Origin: Bigelowiella natans CCMP2755
Taxonomy: Eukaryota; Protista; Cercozoa
Direction of reading: 5' to 3'
NCBI GenBank assembly: GCA_000320545.1
Contig: ADNK01001273.1
Span: forward strand, 1 to 64,000
Length of the DNA: 64,000 bases
Position numbers and translations under genes: made by a program. This document shows, one piece after another, positions 13,247 through 27,504 of this stretch. Each line of letters starts with the position of its first letter. Position 1 is the first letter of the stretch. The notes under the pieces were generated by a model. It did no database searches and was not told where the DNA came from. It saw only the letters and a list, made by a program, of their open reading frames with translations.

Positions 13247-14490
13247 TACCTCTATTTTCCCCCTCTTTGGTATTCCTTTCATTGATGTTTAAACTAATGA
13301 CACAGATTCCGTTGCTAGATTGGCTGCCTTTGACCACATGCGACACATTCAAGGCTGATATCGGTCCTTTTGACAATAAACACCACGATGTTATTTTTGA
13401 AGAGAAATGGTTTCAGTCTATCTCATCTACACTTTCTCCTCCTCCCTCCCTTCCTGAATCATGGTGCTATGTTCTCCCCCCATAGTTGCTGGTATTACTG
13501 TGCTGGTTATGGTGATTCCTCAGAGGTACAGTATTGAATTTTAAGATTTCTTCATAAATTTAATTTGAGGGCACCGCTTGGTCCGCGGCACGGATCACGT
13601 GCCGCAGTCTGGAGTGGAAAGAATAACAACTGCCCTCACGACCGATCGTGGAAATTTAGATCAAGATTATTTCCTTCTTTTGGAATCATCATCTATAATC
13701 TAATGTCATGCTAAGGAGCTGAACATGAACATCACATTGCGCTTGCCCTTGGCCTTAGTATGTCCTACGCCGATATCGCCGGCCTTCCATTTATCTATGG
13801 GCTTTACGCGACGATGCTTCCATCTCTACTCTATGCTTTCGTGGGTAATACTTGATAATATCGTCACTAGAATTCTGAGTGGGAATAATAATGGTAGTAA
13901 CAATGCTGGCAGAGTAGACGCCTGCATACAACCACCACTCTCCCTCTCCCCACCTCTCTCTTTCCCTCTCTCTCTCTCTATCTCGCTCCCTGCCTCTTAC
14001 TACATTTTGCATGAAATCCTATTCGTTTATCAATGGTTACACGCCCGCTCTCCTCTCCACCAGGTACATCTCGTCAGCTTGCAGTTGGACCCACCGCCCT
14101 AGTGTCCATTCTAACCAACGCTGCGCTCCAGGGAGTCCTCACCGAGGTAGGCAAAGAACGACCGTTCAAATGCGTAACTCCTGCAGCTTTAGTAGTTATC
14201 TAGCTGCTGATTGTTTTTAAGAGGAAAGAGGGGGAATGATGGTGCGAGTTCTCATCGCCATCCTCGTCATTCTATCCCTTCCATATGCCTTCAGGAAGAG
14301 TGTCCTGAGAGTAATTTGCCGCAAAACGAAGCGTGTCCAGAAGAGTATGCGAAACTGGCAATCCTCTTGGCGTTCATCACAGGGATCATCCAGGTTTTCG
14401 TATTCGCCAAAAATGTCACATGTGCACTACGTGGTGCCTGTGTTTGATTGCGTACACACGTTGCATAATGAACAAATACGTAAAGTTTAT

Positions 14491-14530
<40 letters not shown>

Positions 14531-17500
14531 ATACACACTAAAATTTATGATGTCCAGATGGCTGCAGCCATGCTTCAGCTCGGATTTATCGTCAATTTTA
14601 TCGGCCATCCGGTCATTTCTGGATTCACTAGCGCGGCGGCGTTTCTGATCGGACTCACACAGGTGATACTAAGTTCAACATCGAAAGAAAAGTACAGAAA
14701 ACCGCTGAAGTAGCACTGTCGTAAAAATACAAATAAACGATAGAAAATGAACGAAACTGTTAGAATCATAACTTAACTCTCCCGCTCGAGTCTACCTTCC
14801 TCAAGAATATGGATTTTTCTAACATCGTATATAGGTGAAGAACATTCTAGGCTTCAAAATCGCAAAATCCGAGTACATTTACGTGACCTTTGGAGAGATC
14901 TTCAGCAACGTACGCTTGTCCCGTCCTCCTTGCATGCATTACTAGCATCGTCATCATTATAGTATGAGTGTGAATATGATATCTCTTTTTCGTAGATTCA
15001 CAAGACGAATGCGGTGACTGCAGTCCTCGGTTTCTCATTTGTATTCATGCTGATCGGGACGAAGAAGATCGCTCGCAAGTACAAGTCTCTATCGTGGCTG
15101 CGGCCAGCAGGACCTCTTATCTTCTCCGTTTTGGGCTCTATCCTCGTCTATGCTAGCGGTGACACTAAGAGGGAAGGGGAGTTACAGAGGGAGAAAACCT
15201 GCACGAGACGGATTGAAAGATATTTTAATGTTCATTATCATGGTGGTTGTGATCATGTCAACTCTAGTGAGTATCCCCGCCGTCATCGTCAGCATTATTA
15301 TCATGATTTTCCATCATCATCATCATCACCACCACCACCACCATCATTATTCTCAGGTATTGATAAGTCGCAGAACGTTGCGGTAGTCGGCACAGTTCCA
15401 GAGGGATTTCCGCCTATAAGCACCGACTACAACCTCGACGATATCTCCAGAGTCATCGCGTACGTCACTAGGAGGAGAGAGAGAGAGAGAGTAGCACTGG
15501 TTGGAGAATGCGGGACCCATCTTGCACGCAGCGCGCTGGTGCTGTGGCCGGGGCCACATTGTTCTCCTTCCCAATCTATTTCCTTGAACGACTATATTTT
15601 TATATAGAGTCTGCACTTTTCCACTCACACGATATGCTGCGGTTGTCGTCGACCTCTCCCCCCCCCCCTCCTTTCTGTTCCCCTCCTGCTATTATCCGCA
15701 GTCCGTCAATCACGATCATCATCATCTCATACATGGAGTCGGTCGCAATCTCCAAGTCGCTCGCAGCTCAGCACAGCTACGAAGTAGATGCTGGACAGGA
15801 GCTGCTCGCGTCCGGGGTGATGAACCTCTTCGGTTCGATGCTCTCGGCATTCCCAGTCACCGGGTCTTTCTCGCGCTCCGCTGTCAACAATTCCGTCGGC
15901 GCGAAGACTCAGCTTGCCGGGTGAGGGAGTTAGTTCGTCATGGATGGGGGGGGGGAGGGGGGGGGGCTAAAACACCCAAGCACTTGGTTGTTTTCTTATT
16001 TGACGGGAAGATTAATGCATGACAGCATCACTAAAACACTCTCTACGATCTTGTGCAGGTTAATCACTGGGCTCGGAGTCATCCTTACGCTAGCAGTTCT
16101 GACCCCAATTTTCGCCTATCTACCAAAGTTTGTGCTAGGGGCTATCGTCGTTTCCTCCGTCGTGAATCTCGTAGCGTATGACGACGCTATACACCTCTAC
16201 AAGGTTAAGAAGACCGACTTCGCACTCTGGATCGTAGCCTTCCTCGGTACTGACAAAAGCTAAAATAACGTAGTCCTTGACGATCTGAAGGCGTAAAATA
16301 TTCATCACGAAAGCGTAATAATGAGTTTTCTTCTTGAAGCCACGCCGAAGGACGAAAGTTATCGCTGCGTTTTGTAACGGAAAAATAGTTTTTTCTTCAT
16401 TCTAAACTGACTACTACTACTACTCCTACTACCATACAGGCACTCTCTTCTTGGGCATTCTGTTTGGCCTAGTACTCGCAGTCGCTCTGTCGTTGGCAGT
16501 GGTGATTCATGAGTCTGTGCGTCCCCAGGTTGCAATCGATAGCCCTACGACCATCAAGACTATGTTTATTTCCATGCTGCACCCGACAGTTGTCGTCGCC
16601 ATCGTCGTTTTCTTGTACTCTAAGATTTTAACATTTTTCGTACCTCTTTCGCATAGGTTTCGTTGATCTGGAGAGTGAAGGGAACGAATTTCTATCGTAG
16701 CGTAAAGCAATCACCGCAGGGGGAGTGGGTGCAAGGGATGCTCATCATCCGCTTTGGAGCCCCCATGTACTTTGCCAACATGTCTTTCATCCGCGACACC
16801 ATCATTTCCCTCATGGCCGAGACAAACAAGGACATTCGGTAACTAGGAAGATCGCTTTAGCACCATTGATGTGTCAAAAAAAACAGCAGGGGAAAGAATA
16901 TCACCCCACGACCATGCGTGACTAAAACACCCAATATTGCTTCCGAGATTATCACAATCACAACTGGAAGACAATATAATGAGTATCGCTCTGTTGGTTT
17001 GCTACCTACTCATCGTCTGCTGCCATTTATGATACGCAGATATGTCATTTTGGAGATGTCTCCGGTGATCAGTGTGGACAGTTCCGCCTTGCACATCATT
17101 GAGGACATGGCCAAGGAGTTCAAGAAGAAAGATATTTATCTCGTTTTTGCCAACACCGGGAATAGGGTCACCAGCGTCATGGAGCGTGCTGATTTCATTG
17201 AACATTTCGGAAGTCAATGGTTCCATACGACGTGAGTCCTACCGATGTGTACACACACACGCACACACACACGCACACACACTATATTATTATATTTCTA
17301 AAAAATTGTACAACTCGAACCTGAAATCACGAAATAAAAATCACGAAAGCAGGGAGATATACCCTTGTCAGCCATATTGTACCATGAAGAATTGATGAAA
17401 CTAGATGCTGTCTGCAAGTTTATGTGATGATGGTGAGAACTGTTAAGAGTCATCTGCTTAGCATCGTCATGATAACCCTCATCACCATTATTACATCCTC

Positions 17501-17714
17501 ATCATCAACATCGCACAAGATGTGCATGCTCTGAAGCCCACTTCGCTATTCTTGTCTGGCTATATCATGATTCCCCCCCCCCCCCCCCCCGCTTCCTATT
17601 TTCAGAACCCATTCCGCCGTCCAATATTGCCTTCGTCATAAGAGACTTAGTGATAAAGTTGTGAAGGAGGAGGTCTTTGAGGAAGGAGAGGAAGCCAAAG
17701 CAGAGGCTGTCTAA
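12404..17714 (+). CDS. SulP/SLC26 sulfate (anion) transporter with C-terminal STAS domain (multi-exon)
   Basis: Exons encode IPLLDWLP...FKAD, AGITVLVMVIPQ, IVNFIGHPVISGFTSAAAFLIGLTQV, AFPVTGSFSRSAVNNSVGAKTQLAG, LIIRFGAPMYFAN and STAS YVILEMSPVISVDSSAL. Stop TAA at 17712-17714; start codon tentative. Confidence 0.92.
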
Positions 17715-18249
17715 TATGATTTAGTAATAACGTCGATGGGGAGGGATACAGCTCTCTGTGACTCTCCATAATCAGCAGTGAATTGATTGCGTTTCTCCGC
17801 TGTCGTTAACCAATTCGTAGTAAGCAGTATAAACTTTCTTCAATAAATACAAAAAATGAATATGTAGAAATACATCATACATAAAAATATAGTTTCTGAT
17901 TAATATATGATATGATGGAATACTTGGTCTTAAGTATGAAACAGTTTGTGTAGTTCTTGTCTTGGGTACATGAAAAATTAAAGGATATCAAAACGTATGG
18001 ATCCTTTTTTTTTTAATCACTATAGACATAACTCCCCGATGTATCGACATCTAGGTCGTTAATGTAGGTCATTATAACATTAATATGATGATCCATTTTG
18101 CCGGGTACGAAGTGTTCCTTGTAACAGATGTCCCATTAGAGAGAATTGAGAAAATTTCATTATTTGTAATCACATTGAGCGCAGACGAAATTGACTCTCA
18201 ACAGCATGATCATGAACAATTTTGTGACAAATTGGCTACGACGTCCATG

Positions 18250-19450
18250 TCCATGTCAAATGCTGAAGTGAAGTGTACTTTCCGCAGGCATCATTGGGCA
18301 GGACTGTCCTCATTTTTGTTGTTGCTGAATCTGTGCTGTTGCATCCCGATCAATACAGGCATCATGCAATGTGCGCATCATTGTGTGACTCGCGGCTGAC
18401 CGTGCGTCACTGTACGTGTGTGATGTGCGAGCTGCGGCACAGTTGCTGGAACTAGGGAAATTCATGAGTGCATGTTCTGTCCGACTTTATTCCCGACAGA
18501 CCTGGCTAGCTGGTCACGGCACGCACAGCGAGCACCACATGCGCAGCACAGCTGGACAAACACACAGATGACGCAGCGAGTTGTTGGCCACGAAATCTGA
18601 TGGTGCACCACTATAACTCAACTCGAGCTTTGCACGCGCATGCAACAACTTCGTCCAACCAGCGTGGAATTGTCTCATATGTGTGTGAAAATCTACGTTC
18701 CCCTGGCTGCTGTTACTCCTGCATGTATGCATAATGACGATGAACATTTATTTGCGCTAGAATCAAGTTGGTATTTATTTGCTTAAATCAAGTTGGGGCT
18801 CCATCTATTCACTTAGGCTTGCGTATAGCCTCAAGGGCTATATGCGCGTGTCTGCCCACATGAACATTTGATACATACATGTACCAGTATGTAGCACATG
18901 TGTACCAAATGAACACATGAACTACACGATGAACATCTGTGCCATGGAACACGCGTATAACCTTAAGGGTGAATTTGTGCTCCTTGCAGCCATTCCATCC
19001 GCATCCCATCTCCGAACGCTTCAACAAACTCCGTAGGATCCATGTTAAAGCATGGGCAGAAAACCTGTGTGTGCATAACACAAAATTCAGGTTAGTTACT
19101 GTGTAAGAAAGGAGGCGGCAAAAACATTCTTACATAGAGTGATGCGCAGAGGGACCATCGGTTTGCGTAGCAACAAAGGTAATTGGCGCACTGTGAAACA
19201 TAAAATCTTTGTCAGATGCAATTGTAGAGAAGATGAGGCTAAAATTATTCTTACGGTAGTCCTCCACGATCGTGGATCTTCCTCGTCATTCACAAAGTGT
19301 CCGATTGGGAAACATAGCCAACCCACAGTAGTCCACTGCAAACAACATTACTTTTGAGCACTGAACCGTTCAATATAATCAATGTGTTACTAGAAGAGTT
19401 ACCACGATAGAAAGAGGGAGGCAAATGGGACTGCAGCAAAAGCACATGCA
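18250..19450 (-). mobile_element. Heavily degraded repeat, possibly the 3' part of a LINE
   Basis: Broken frames loosely resembling the post-RT region of LINEs (WILRSLL...GCGWNGCKE; KLLHARAKLEL...C-x-C). TG/CA-rich, partly TpA-depleted composition like the clear LINE at 23.5-24.8 kb. Confidence 0.35.
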
Positions 19451-20804
19451 ATATTGCACGCAGCATGCGGTACCTAATTTTCGAAACAACATCATATCTG
19501 AAAATTGATACTTTTTATCAATCAGTGTTTACTCATCATGGCGATGGACAAAATTTTGGACGCAATTTTATTCTGTTGGTTCCACCGTCTGGATCCATGG
19601 CTTCTTCAGCTGAAAGTAGAAAGCCCCCCTTGAGTTTCGGCCCATACTCCATCTCAGCGTCATTAGCTGTGACTTCAACAATACAAGCAGAGTTTTGAGT
19701 CATCCTTTCTTTAGTCCTTGTTAAAAATATAAGTTGTCAGAACAAGAGCAAATATACAATGGTTCTTTTAGCGACGAATACTGCTACTTCGACTATCCCT
19801 ATCCCTTCCTTCACGGCTTTCCCCACCAAAATGCTCGTAGATCTAGATCTAGAGTCTACCGGCTGCAGATGTTGTAATACTGAGCGAAGGGGGTGTTAAC
19901 TGAGTTAACGTTACTACTCTAAGATCCGGTTTGGCAATGCGACAGGACAGACACATTAAAATATCATAAAAACGACACACTTTTTTACGCTATTCGAACG
20001 TCATACGAGTACGTAACGCTTTTCCCCGCCAACCCGGAAGAGAAAAGCCGACAAGAGGAGCATGGGATTTGCTTCTTGGGATGATTTCGTACGATGTTTC
20101 TCGCTTAAACTATATTCGAACCAAAGCACACCTCCAACATGCATTATTACGTCAATGTAGCAGTCCGAATTATTCGCCTGTGAATATCGTATTTATATCC
20201 AAAATAATATTTCTGATTTTGTGACGGAAGAAATTGAATATTTCCGAAAAACTCGACAGCCCTACGAGCACGAGCTTCGTCCCCTTCCTTCCTTCCTTCC
20301 ACCTTGAAGGTTGGAACTCGAGACCATCCCTTTGGAGGTTAGAATTCGAGATCGCCTCAGGATTCGAAATATCACTCCAGAAATTGTGGAAGAAATTCTG
20401 TCGAAGCGCTTGGACCAAATAATTCAAAAATAAAGGAAGACGACCGCTTTGTTCATCGAAGTCTTTTGCCATCAAGGTCAGAGTTTCAAGAAGTATTCTT
20501 CCGCTTCGTATCATATATTACGCGCTGCTGAGGGATCTTTGTCCCCTTCGACTCCTGTATTACCCTCGAAGCTCCAGCATTGTCCTATTCTCCTTTCATT
20601 GGCAGGACTTTTGATTCGATTCGATTCGTTCGGTTTTTCAATGAGCTGACGAGAAAAGAAAGAGAAGGATGACGACAAACTCACACACCTTTCGATTTCG
20701 TGCATTATTCGACATTCGCTCTGAATTCCTCGTGACAACGATCAATATTCCGATTTTCATTTGGAATACACATTTAATGCTAGGGCGTTGAGGGTCGTCG
20801 TCAT

Positions 20805-23031
20805 ATGGGTAAACGGATCAAATGGACCCAGGAGGAAGAGGATGCTCTTGTGGAAGGCGTCATCCGTCACGGTTGCGGTAAATGGACGCATATTCTAAAG
20901 GATAATAAAGCGGTTTTCAAGTAAACGCGAATTAGTTTTTTTGGGTCACCAAACAATAATAATATGGCAACTGCGATTATTTCATAGTCCGGCTAGGACA
21001 GGCGTTCACCTGAAGGACAAGTGGAGGAATCTTCGAAAGAGGAGAGGAAGAATGGAGTCTCAATCAAAGAAAGTAAGGAGCGAGTACGAAAGCGGACTTT
21101 GTGTGAAACCTATACAAGTAGGGAAGTGAAGTACTATCACCTTTCGATGAGCCTCATAGTAGTGCCGTACTTTTCTCTATCGTAGAAAAATTCCTCTTGC
21201 TCGCGGGGAAATAATGTGAGCCCTAGTATGGAGATGGTGAATAAAAAACGCAAAAAAGCTAAGATGGGAACTAAAGCTAGTAAAATGACAAGCAGCCCGT
21301 TGAAGAGTTCGCATAGCTCTAGTAACAGCGATACGAGTCCTGAGGATGACTTTCGAGATATAATGGAAGCATTTGAACGTTTGAGTGATCAGAAGGCCTA
21401 CGATGAAAGGTTAAATGATGCGTTCATCCTTGGGTATCATCGTTTGACATTCCTGGTATCGTTTCTTCATTTTGACTCTAGGGTTCACACAAAAACGCAG
21501 AAAGGAGGAGGAGAAGAAAGCCGAGCAATTGAGGAGGCAAGAGGCTGCCGAATTGTTGACGTTTGAGCTTTTTAGAACGGAGGGGCCTGAAGAGGATAAG
21601 GAGGGCAGGAGGCACCATGAAATGTCCAAACAAAAGGTTTTTCGATGATTGTGTTGAACTGAATATTTTAACGTTGTAGGAATAAAAGAAATGGCATATT
21701 ACTACTACAACAACAACGACAACTACTACTGCTACTACTGCAACTACTACTACTACTACTAATCCCAACATCTACGTGTTGGCCGAGATGTTGAGTGTAG
21801 CTCTGCTGCCGTTACACAGGAGGAGGAGGAGCCAGGGTCTAGGATTAAAAACAAGTCCAGGAGGACGGTAACCGACCGAACTTTTTCTCTATAATCGTGT
21901 TGTACTTCTAGATCACATTTTGTTGCCACCTAGTCGAAGCTTGATCCGAAGAAGAAGAAGAAGAAAAAGAAGAACACTATCGAAATAGTCAGTATAAATG
22001 GAGTTCACGCCATCATCATGAAGGTGCTCCCGAAGGAAGCTATTGTTCCGCTCGAAACGAAGGAAGCCATACAGAAACTCACGCTGTACTTCGCATATTC
22101 CATTCTCAATGAAGCCACGGATATGCCGGAATTTAGTCAGGGCCATCATCTCCGCGGTGATATGGTTCTCAAGGCGCTCGAGCTGCGAGGATTTGATGAG
22201 TATTCAACGCTCTGTAGCGCATATAGAGATGTGTATGGAGATGCTGTCCTCCAGTGTCTGGAGGAGATTGTCGGCGGTGGAAGATCTAATATGCAGCAAG
22301 CAAATAATTATCGGAAATGGAAAGGCAAAGCGAGAAAGAAAAAGAGCTCCGCAAAAGACACATCCAAGTCCTGCATTAGGCCTAGAGGGCATAGAATCCG
22401 GAGGTATAATAAGAGGGGACAGAAAGAGAGGGAAGCGAAACGTGGGGGGGGGGGCAACAGAAGTCAGCTCAACGGGAAACGACGGCAGGAAGAGCCCAAG
22501 ACGGAGGAAAGAGATGTTATGGCCTCGGAAGGCAGTGACGCAAATCTGCAGCGACAAGTGAAAGATAGTATGAATGAGACAGAAAACGGAGAAGGGAAAG
22601 CAGCCAAAAGTACCCGAGAGCAACCACTCAGCGGGAAAACTCTTAGTTGTAAAACGACACCGCACCAAAGTTCCGAAGCAGGCAGTACGATACGAGGCTT
22701 GAACAAACGGCATCCTTCAAAGGAGAAGGAGGAGAAGGAGGAGAAGGGAGGGGGAAATGATAATGATAACCAGAAGAATGATGATGATGATGATGATGAT
22801 AATGATGATGATGATGTTTGTAATTGGGGTGGTGGTAATGATGACGGAGATGGCTATAGTAAGCAGCCCTTTGACCTGCACGAGAGTTTGGCCAAGAAAG
22901 CTGCAGCTAGCACGGATGATGACAAGGGGGAAGGAAAGGTTACAATCAATCCAGTGAGGCAGTTTACTGGAGGCGGGGAAGGCCAAAATTGCCTCGACAA
23001 GGGAACAGAGACTCAAGAAACTACAAGGTAA
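20805..23031 (+). CDS. Telobox-type Myb/SANT protein fused to an NC2beta/NF-YB-like histone fold (about 6 exons; a short extra 3' exon is possible)
   Basis: [33 protein letters not shown]...[13 protein letters not shown] (telobox LKDKWRN). Phase-consistent exons lead to [38 protein letters not shown]...[14 protein letters not shown]. Confidence 0.75.
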
Positions 23032-23499
23032 AATGAATTCAAAGGATAGCGATAGAGACTACTTGACGCAACAGTATCAAGATGATCAAAACAATATATC
23101 GTGCCATCAAGAGAGTAGATGAGCGGGGAGAGGGCCGCCATCGCAGGTGGAGAGGACAGAGAAATCAAGCGTCTATATGGAAACAGATATTCAAAGAAAC
23201 TAGATGGACTTTAAAGAGCACTATACCTGATCATAGTAGAATAAAGAAGGAGACAGGGAAACAGGATAGCTTACAGTATTAGAAAAGTGCCGGTTCAGAG
23301 CCTGTTAATTAGCCTTGTTTATGAAAGAATTATAAAGATGATGTACATATGATGTATGTATTGAATTAGATTATTAGTCAATGGGACGCAGCTTAGTGCG
23401 AAATAAAGTAGGGAGATCATCATGTAGCTATATGACGGTTTGCAAGTGTCCCAGAGTGAGGAATGTACAAATTAAATAATATATCACCACAAATCACAG

Positions 23500-24800
23500 C
23501 GTGTACGTGCGATGCGAGCATCAAACAAACAATTTTGTTGCTCCTACACATCAGTCAGCTGCTGCGTTCATGGAGACTGGAATGCAAGCTCAAACGGCTG
23601 CATCTAGATGTTGACAGTCGAGCTGCGCGTCCATGCTAGAGTGGTTGCGGTGACAAGCTGTCTAGCTGTCGCTACTTGCATCATCAATTTTCATGGGGCC
23701 AGGCTTGCAGGTGTGAAGCGCCACACCTTCTTGGCCACACTCGGACAACAAGAAGCACAAAGGTTGGCATTGGGCTCTGAGAGTCTGTCCAAGAAACTGT
23801 GTCTGGACACTCTGCAGCTGGTTTTTGAGCCACTGTGGCAAAGTGGGGGAAGTGAAACCCACGCCGTGCTAGCGTGTTCCAGGATGGGGCGAACGAGAGC
23901 ACTCCAGAGGTGAACCCGTGTTCCAGGACGAAGGCTTGTGTGCCCAGCAAAACTGCAATTGAGCCTGCTGGTCTAGCGGTGGCTCGTGGCTTTGCATCGA
24001 GAGGAGCAGCAGCAACCAAGGCCATGTCATCAGCAAATAAGAGTCCAGGTCTGCGGGTGTTTGCAAACTGAACGCCGCAGCCATGGATGTTTGAGACGTT
24101 CAACGAGGTCATTGGTGAACAGAGCAAGCAGAACCGGGGGTTCAGTGGCACCTTGGTTGAGGGAGGCCTTGCTGGCTTGGTCGACACGAAAAGGTTGGCT
24201 GAGATTCTGATCAGTCGGGGACCCAACCCCACGTGATTGAGAGGCCAACACGTTCTTGAAGAGGTTGCACATCCTCCCCGTCACACCGCTTCTCAGCAGC
24301 TCAGTTCGCAAGCCTTGAATCCAAACTTTGTCGTGGGCTTTCCGTGGGTCAATGAAGGCAACTGTGGACCCCAAGTTTTGGGCCCTGCGGAGGCAAAGCA
24401 CTTGGTGCAGGTTGAAGGTGTGGAAGTCAGTTCCACGGTTCCTTCCAAACTCACCTTGTTCGTCAGCGAGGCAGTTGTTGTTTTCCAGGCAATCGCAGAC
24501 TCTCGTCGTTGCAGCACCAGAACCCAGCTTGCCAAGTGCGTTGAGCAAGGTGATGCCCCTGCAGTCAGTGAACTTCAGGTTGGATCACTTTCTCTTGAAG
24601 AGAGGAGCTGCGATGCCTTCTCTCCAGCGTGGGGGCCAATCATCAAAAGCGGCATTGGACGGAGGCTCTCTGACGGCGCTGATCGGAAGCATTTCGAGTT
24701 CAGGATGTTCTTGGCATGAACATGTCGCTTTTCCTTTCAGCACGACAGGCAGGTCGGCTCTGTTTGAGAACAAGTCGTAGAAACATTTTGGCGATGAACA
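23500..24800 (-). mobile_element. Non-LTR retrotransposon (LINE) reverse transcriptase relic, frameshifted and internally deleted
   Basis: RT motifs DCRGITLLNALGKL, LADEQGEFGRNRGT, VAFIDPRKAHDKVW, QGATEPPVLLALFTNDL and LLFADDMAL, then ALVRPILEHASTAW; several frameshifts. Confidence 0.9.
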
Positions 24801-25028
24801 TGCGGAGAAAGACCTGACAGATTTTGCCTAATCCTGAACCTGGATTCATTACCATCAGCTAGCCACATAGCTGCTGGCTCCCTTTCCTCCCTTCCCATCT
24901 GAGAACGAGGCGAGGGCGTCGATACGAGGTGGCAGCTTGTCGCGCTTGATCACAGGCCTTGATGAAAGAAGGTCAATAGTAACACTAACTTCGGCGGGTG
25001 GGGGGACTGAATAGGAAAATTCTGTGCA

Positions 25029-26391
25029 ATGGCAGACGCTGCAACACAGAGTGCTCTGTTCGTGCTCTTGTACATTATCACAGCTGCAGTCACGTGTGAC
25101 GATCCAATGTTCTATTTTCCGTTTATGAGTCTTGACTTAACATCTGAATCGTTATGCACCCATCAGCACTGGATCTTGACAAAGACCCAGAGCCTCTGCA
25201 TATTGGGGACGGAGAGAATGGATTGGAAGCGACAGTAGGAATCTCGAAGGAAGAATCGCCAAGACTACTGGCGAGAAGGCGGTGAGTGACATATAAGTCG
25301 GTTACGCACTAACAGTCAAACGATTAACGGAGACGAAAAGCTGCTTCGATTCCCTGCTTTCAATTGCAGCACCCATTTGTTGTTGTTGTTGTCGTTGATC
25401 ATATTGCCTGGCTGTTTCTTGGTTTGATGAACAATTCGATTTCCCCTCCCTTTTAGATCTGGCACTCGGATCATATCGGATGACGATAACAGCACGATTG
25501 GGGAGGTGTGTTGATAAATGCTAGTGACAGTGACAGTGGGATGATGTTCACAGTTGTTCCAAGTTAATTGCCTCAATGTTATTGAAATCGTTCCTCCTGT
25601 ACATATTTCTGGACTTGACTTTGCCTACGTAATTTCTTTGGAATCTCCGACCCGTTCGGAATATTATTGCACCAATTTCTTTTCCTTCGTCGACTCTCCT
25701 TTTTCACTTACCTCTCTCATGCAGCGAGGCCGCTACAAAATGATGATCGATGTGTGTTATTTCCTCGAAAACCATGATTGGCCGCTATCAGCCCCAACTG
25801 CATGTGATTGATGAACATGGGCCACTTCTGTCTTTTCCAAATTTTTGACTGCCCCGGAGAATGCATGTTTGATGGCCAATAAGTGCTTGTTGTTGGCTGG
25901 CTCTGTCTGTACTTGGCTCTCCTCTTCTTCCTTAAAACCTTTGATTCACCCCCAAAAGGATTTGAAGGACTTCGACTTTCCATCACAGCCAAGTGTCAGT
26001 GCTATGTGCTTGAACGCCATGAAAACGGCATTCAAGAACTTCTGGACTCAAGTGGTCGTGCAACACACGCAAATAAACGAACAAACAAACACGGATCATC
26101 ATCATCTCACCCCTCCCTCCACTTACTACATATCACTTTTCTGAGACAGCCGAGGATTTCGTGACATGATTTCATCGTTGCTTGTCTTAGAGATTTCGTT
26201 TCGATATTTTTGTCTGAATGAATGGTCTCGCTACCAGATAAATTCGCACCCCACTATCTGGATCTACTTGGCAGCCGTTGGTGTCCTCTCGGCCTTGCTC
26301 GGTAGTCGCATATACTTATGTGGTCTTTTCTCTCCCATATATTCCCAGCTGTGAGCAATATTCTTTAAGCGACTGCTTGTGTGTATGTTTA

Positions 26392-26430
<39 letters not shown>

Positions 26431-27466
26431 ATGATAATTCCAGGTTACTTAGTGGAGCGCTCTGTGATGGGGTAACGTGACAAAAATGATGCAGCAAACT
26501 TTCCTGATGTAAATACTTGCGTTTTATCTTCTTCTCCTTCTTCTTCTTCATGTCGTTATTATTCGCTGCCGACCGTCGGAAAGGCTGCAAAGACTGCGTT
26601 ATAACATTACCAGCACCGATAACTACATGGCCAACTACTCCGTAAGCAGGAGGGGGGGGAAGAAGAAGAAGAAGAACTAGAGTAGGAGGAGGAATGATAG
26701 GGAGATACACAATATGAATATAGATGTTCACCATTTTTTACACACACGCGCACGCACACACGCACACACCCTTCTATTTATTTTGCGTGGGTATTTGCCA
26801 TATGTTACATTTATTCCCATCATCATCCTCATCCTCATCCTCATCATCATCATCATCATAATTATGAAAAAGGCCTGGGTTTTCGTGTCCCTCGCATTCG
26901 TGATGGTGGCAGCTCTCATCACGCACTTCTTCCAACAAAACGCGGCCGGTCAGCAACCACGCTTATGAGCGAGCACACTAGCCACATTGAGATCCACACC
27001 ATAGGAAGGACAGAAAAATGCACTCATGCACTCGATTTGAAAAAATTACATAATCAGGAGATTCAGATAGATGTATCACCCCTGTCGTAACTTTCCATCA
27101 CACACTTACTACAGGCTCTGGTATACCGGAGATGAAAAGCATTCTCGGTACTTAGAAAATAATCAATGAAATTCGGCGAGGCGAATGCTTACAGAAATAG
27201 TCTGAATGCAGTTTCAGTCAGCACGTGGTTTTACCTCCTAATAATTTGCGTTGTTTCCTCTACTTCATCCTCATTCCTCTTGTTGTTCTTCTTCTTCTGC
27301 TACTACTGCTGCTGGCTGCTGCTACTCTTTCTTCTTTTTCCAGGTGGCGTGGTCATGTCGAAATACTTGACGATGAGGACGCTAATCGTAATTTTGCTAC
27401 TACCCTACAATCCCTGCTGTTCCTTGCCATCATACTATCCTCCTCATTGTGCATCTTCCGCCACTT

Positions 27467-27504
<38 letters not shown>

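Noticed and set aside
19980-20760. Dense TTCGA/TTCGAA words and a 114-aa ORF upstream of the Myb gene
   Set aside because: No regular spacing or coding signal; similar words occur in other promoter-like regions, so no specific element can be supported.
23500-24800. CpG-methylation decay or classical fungal RIP as the cause of TG/CA richness
   Set aside because: CpG is abundant and TpA is lost, the opposite of C->T processes. The motif changes are Tyr->His/Cys.
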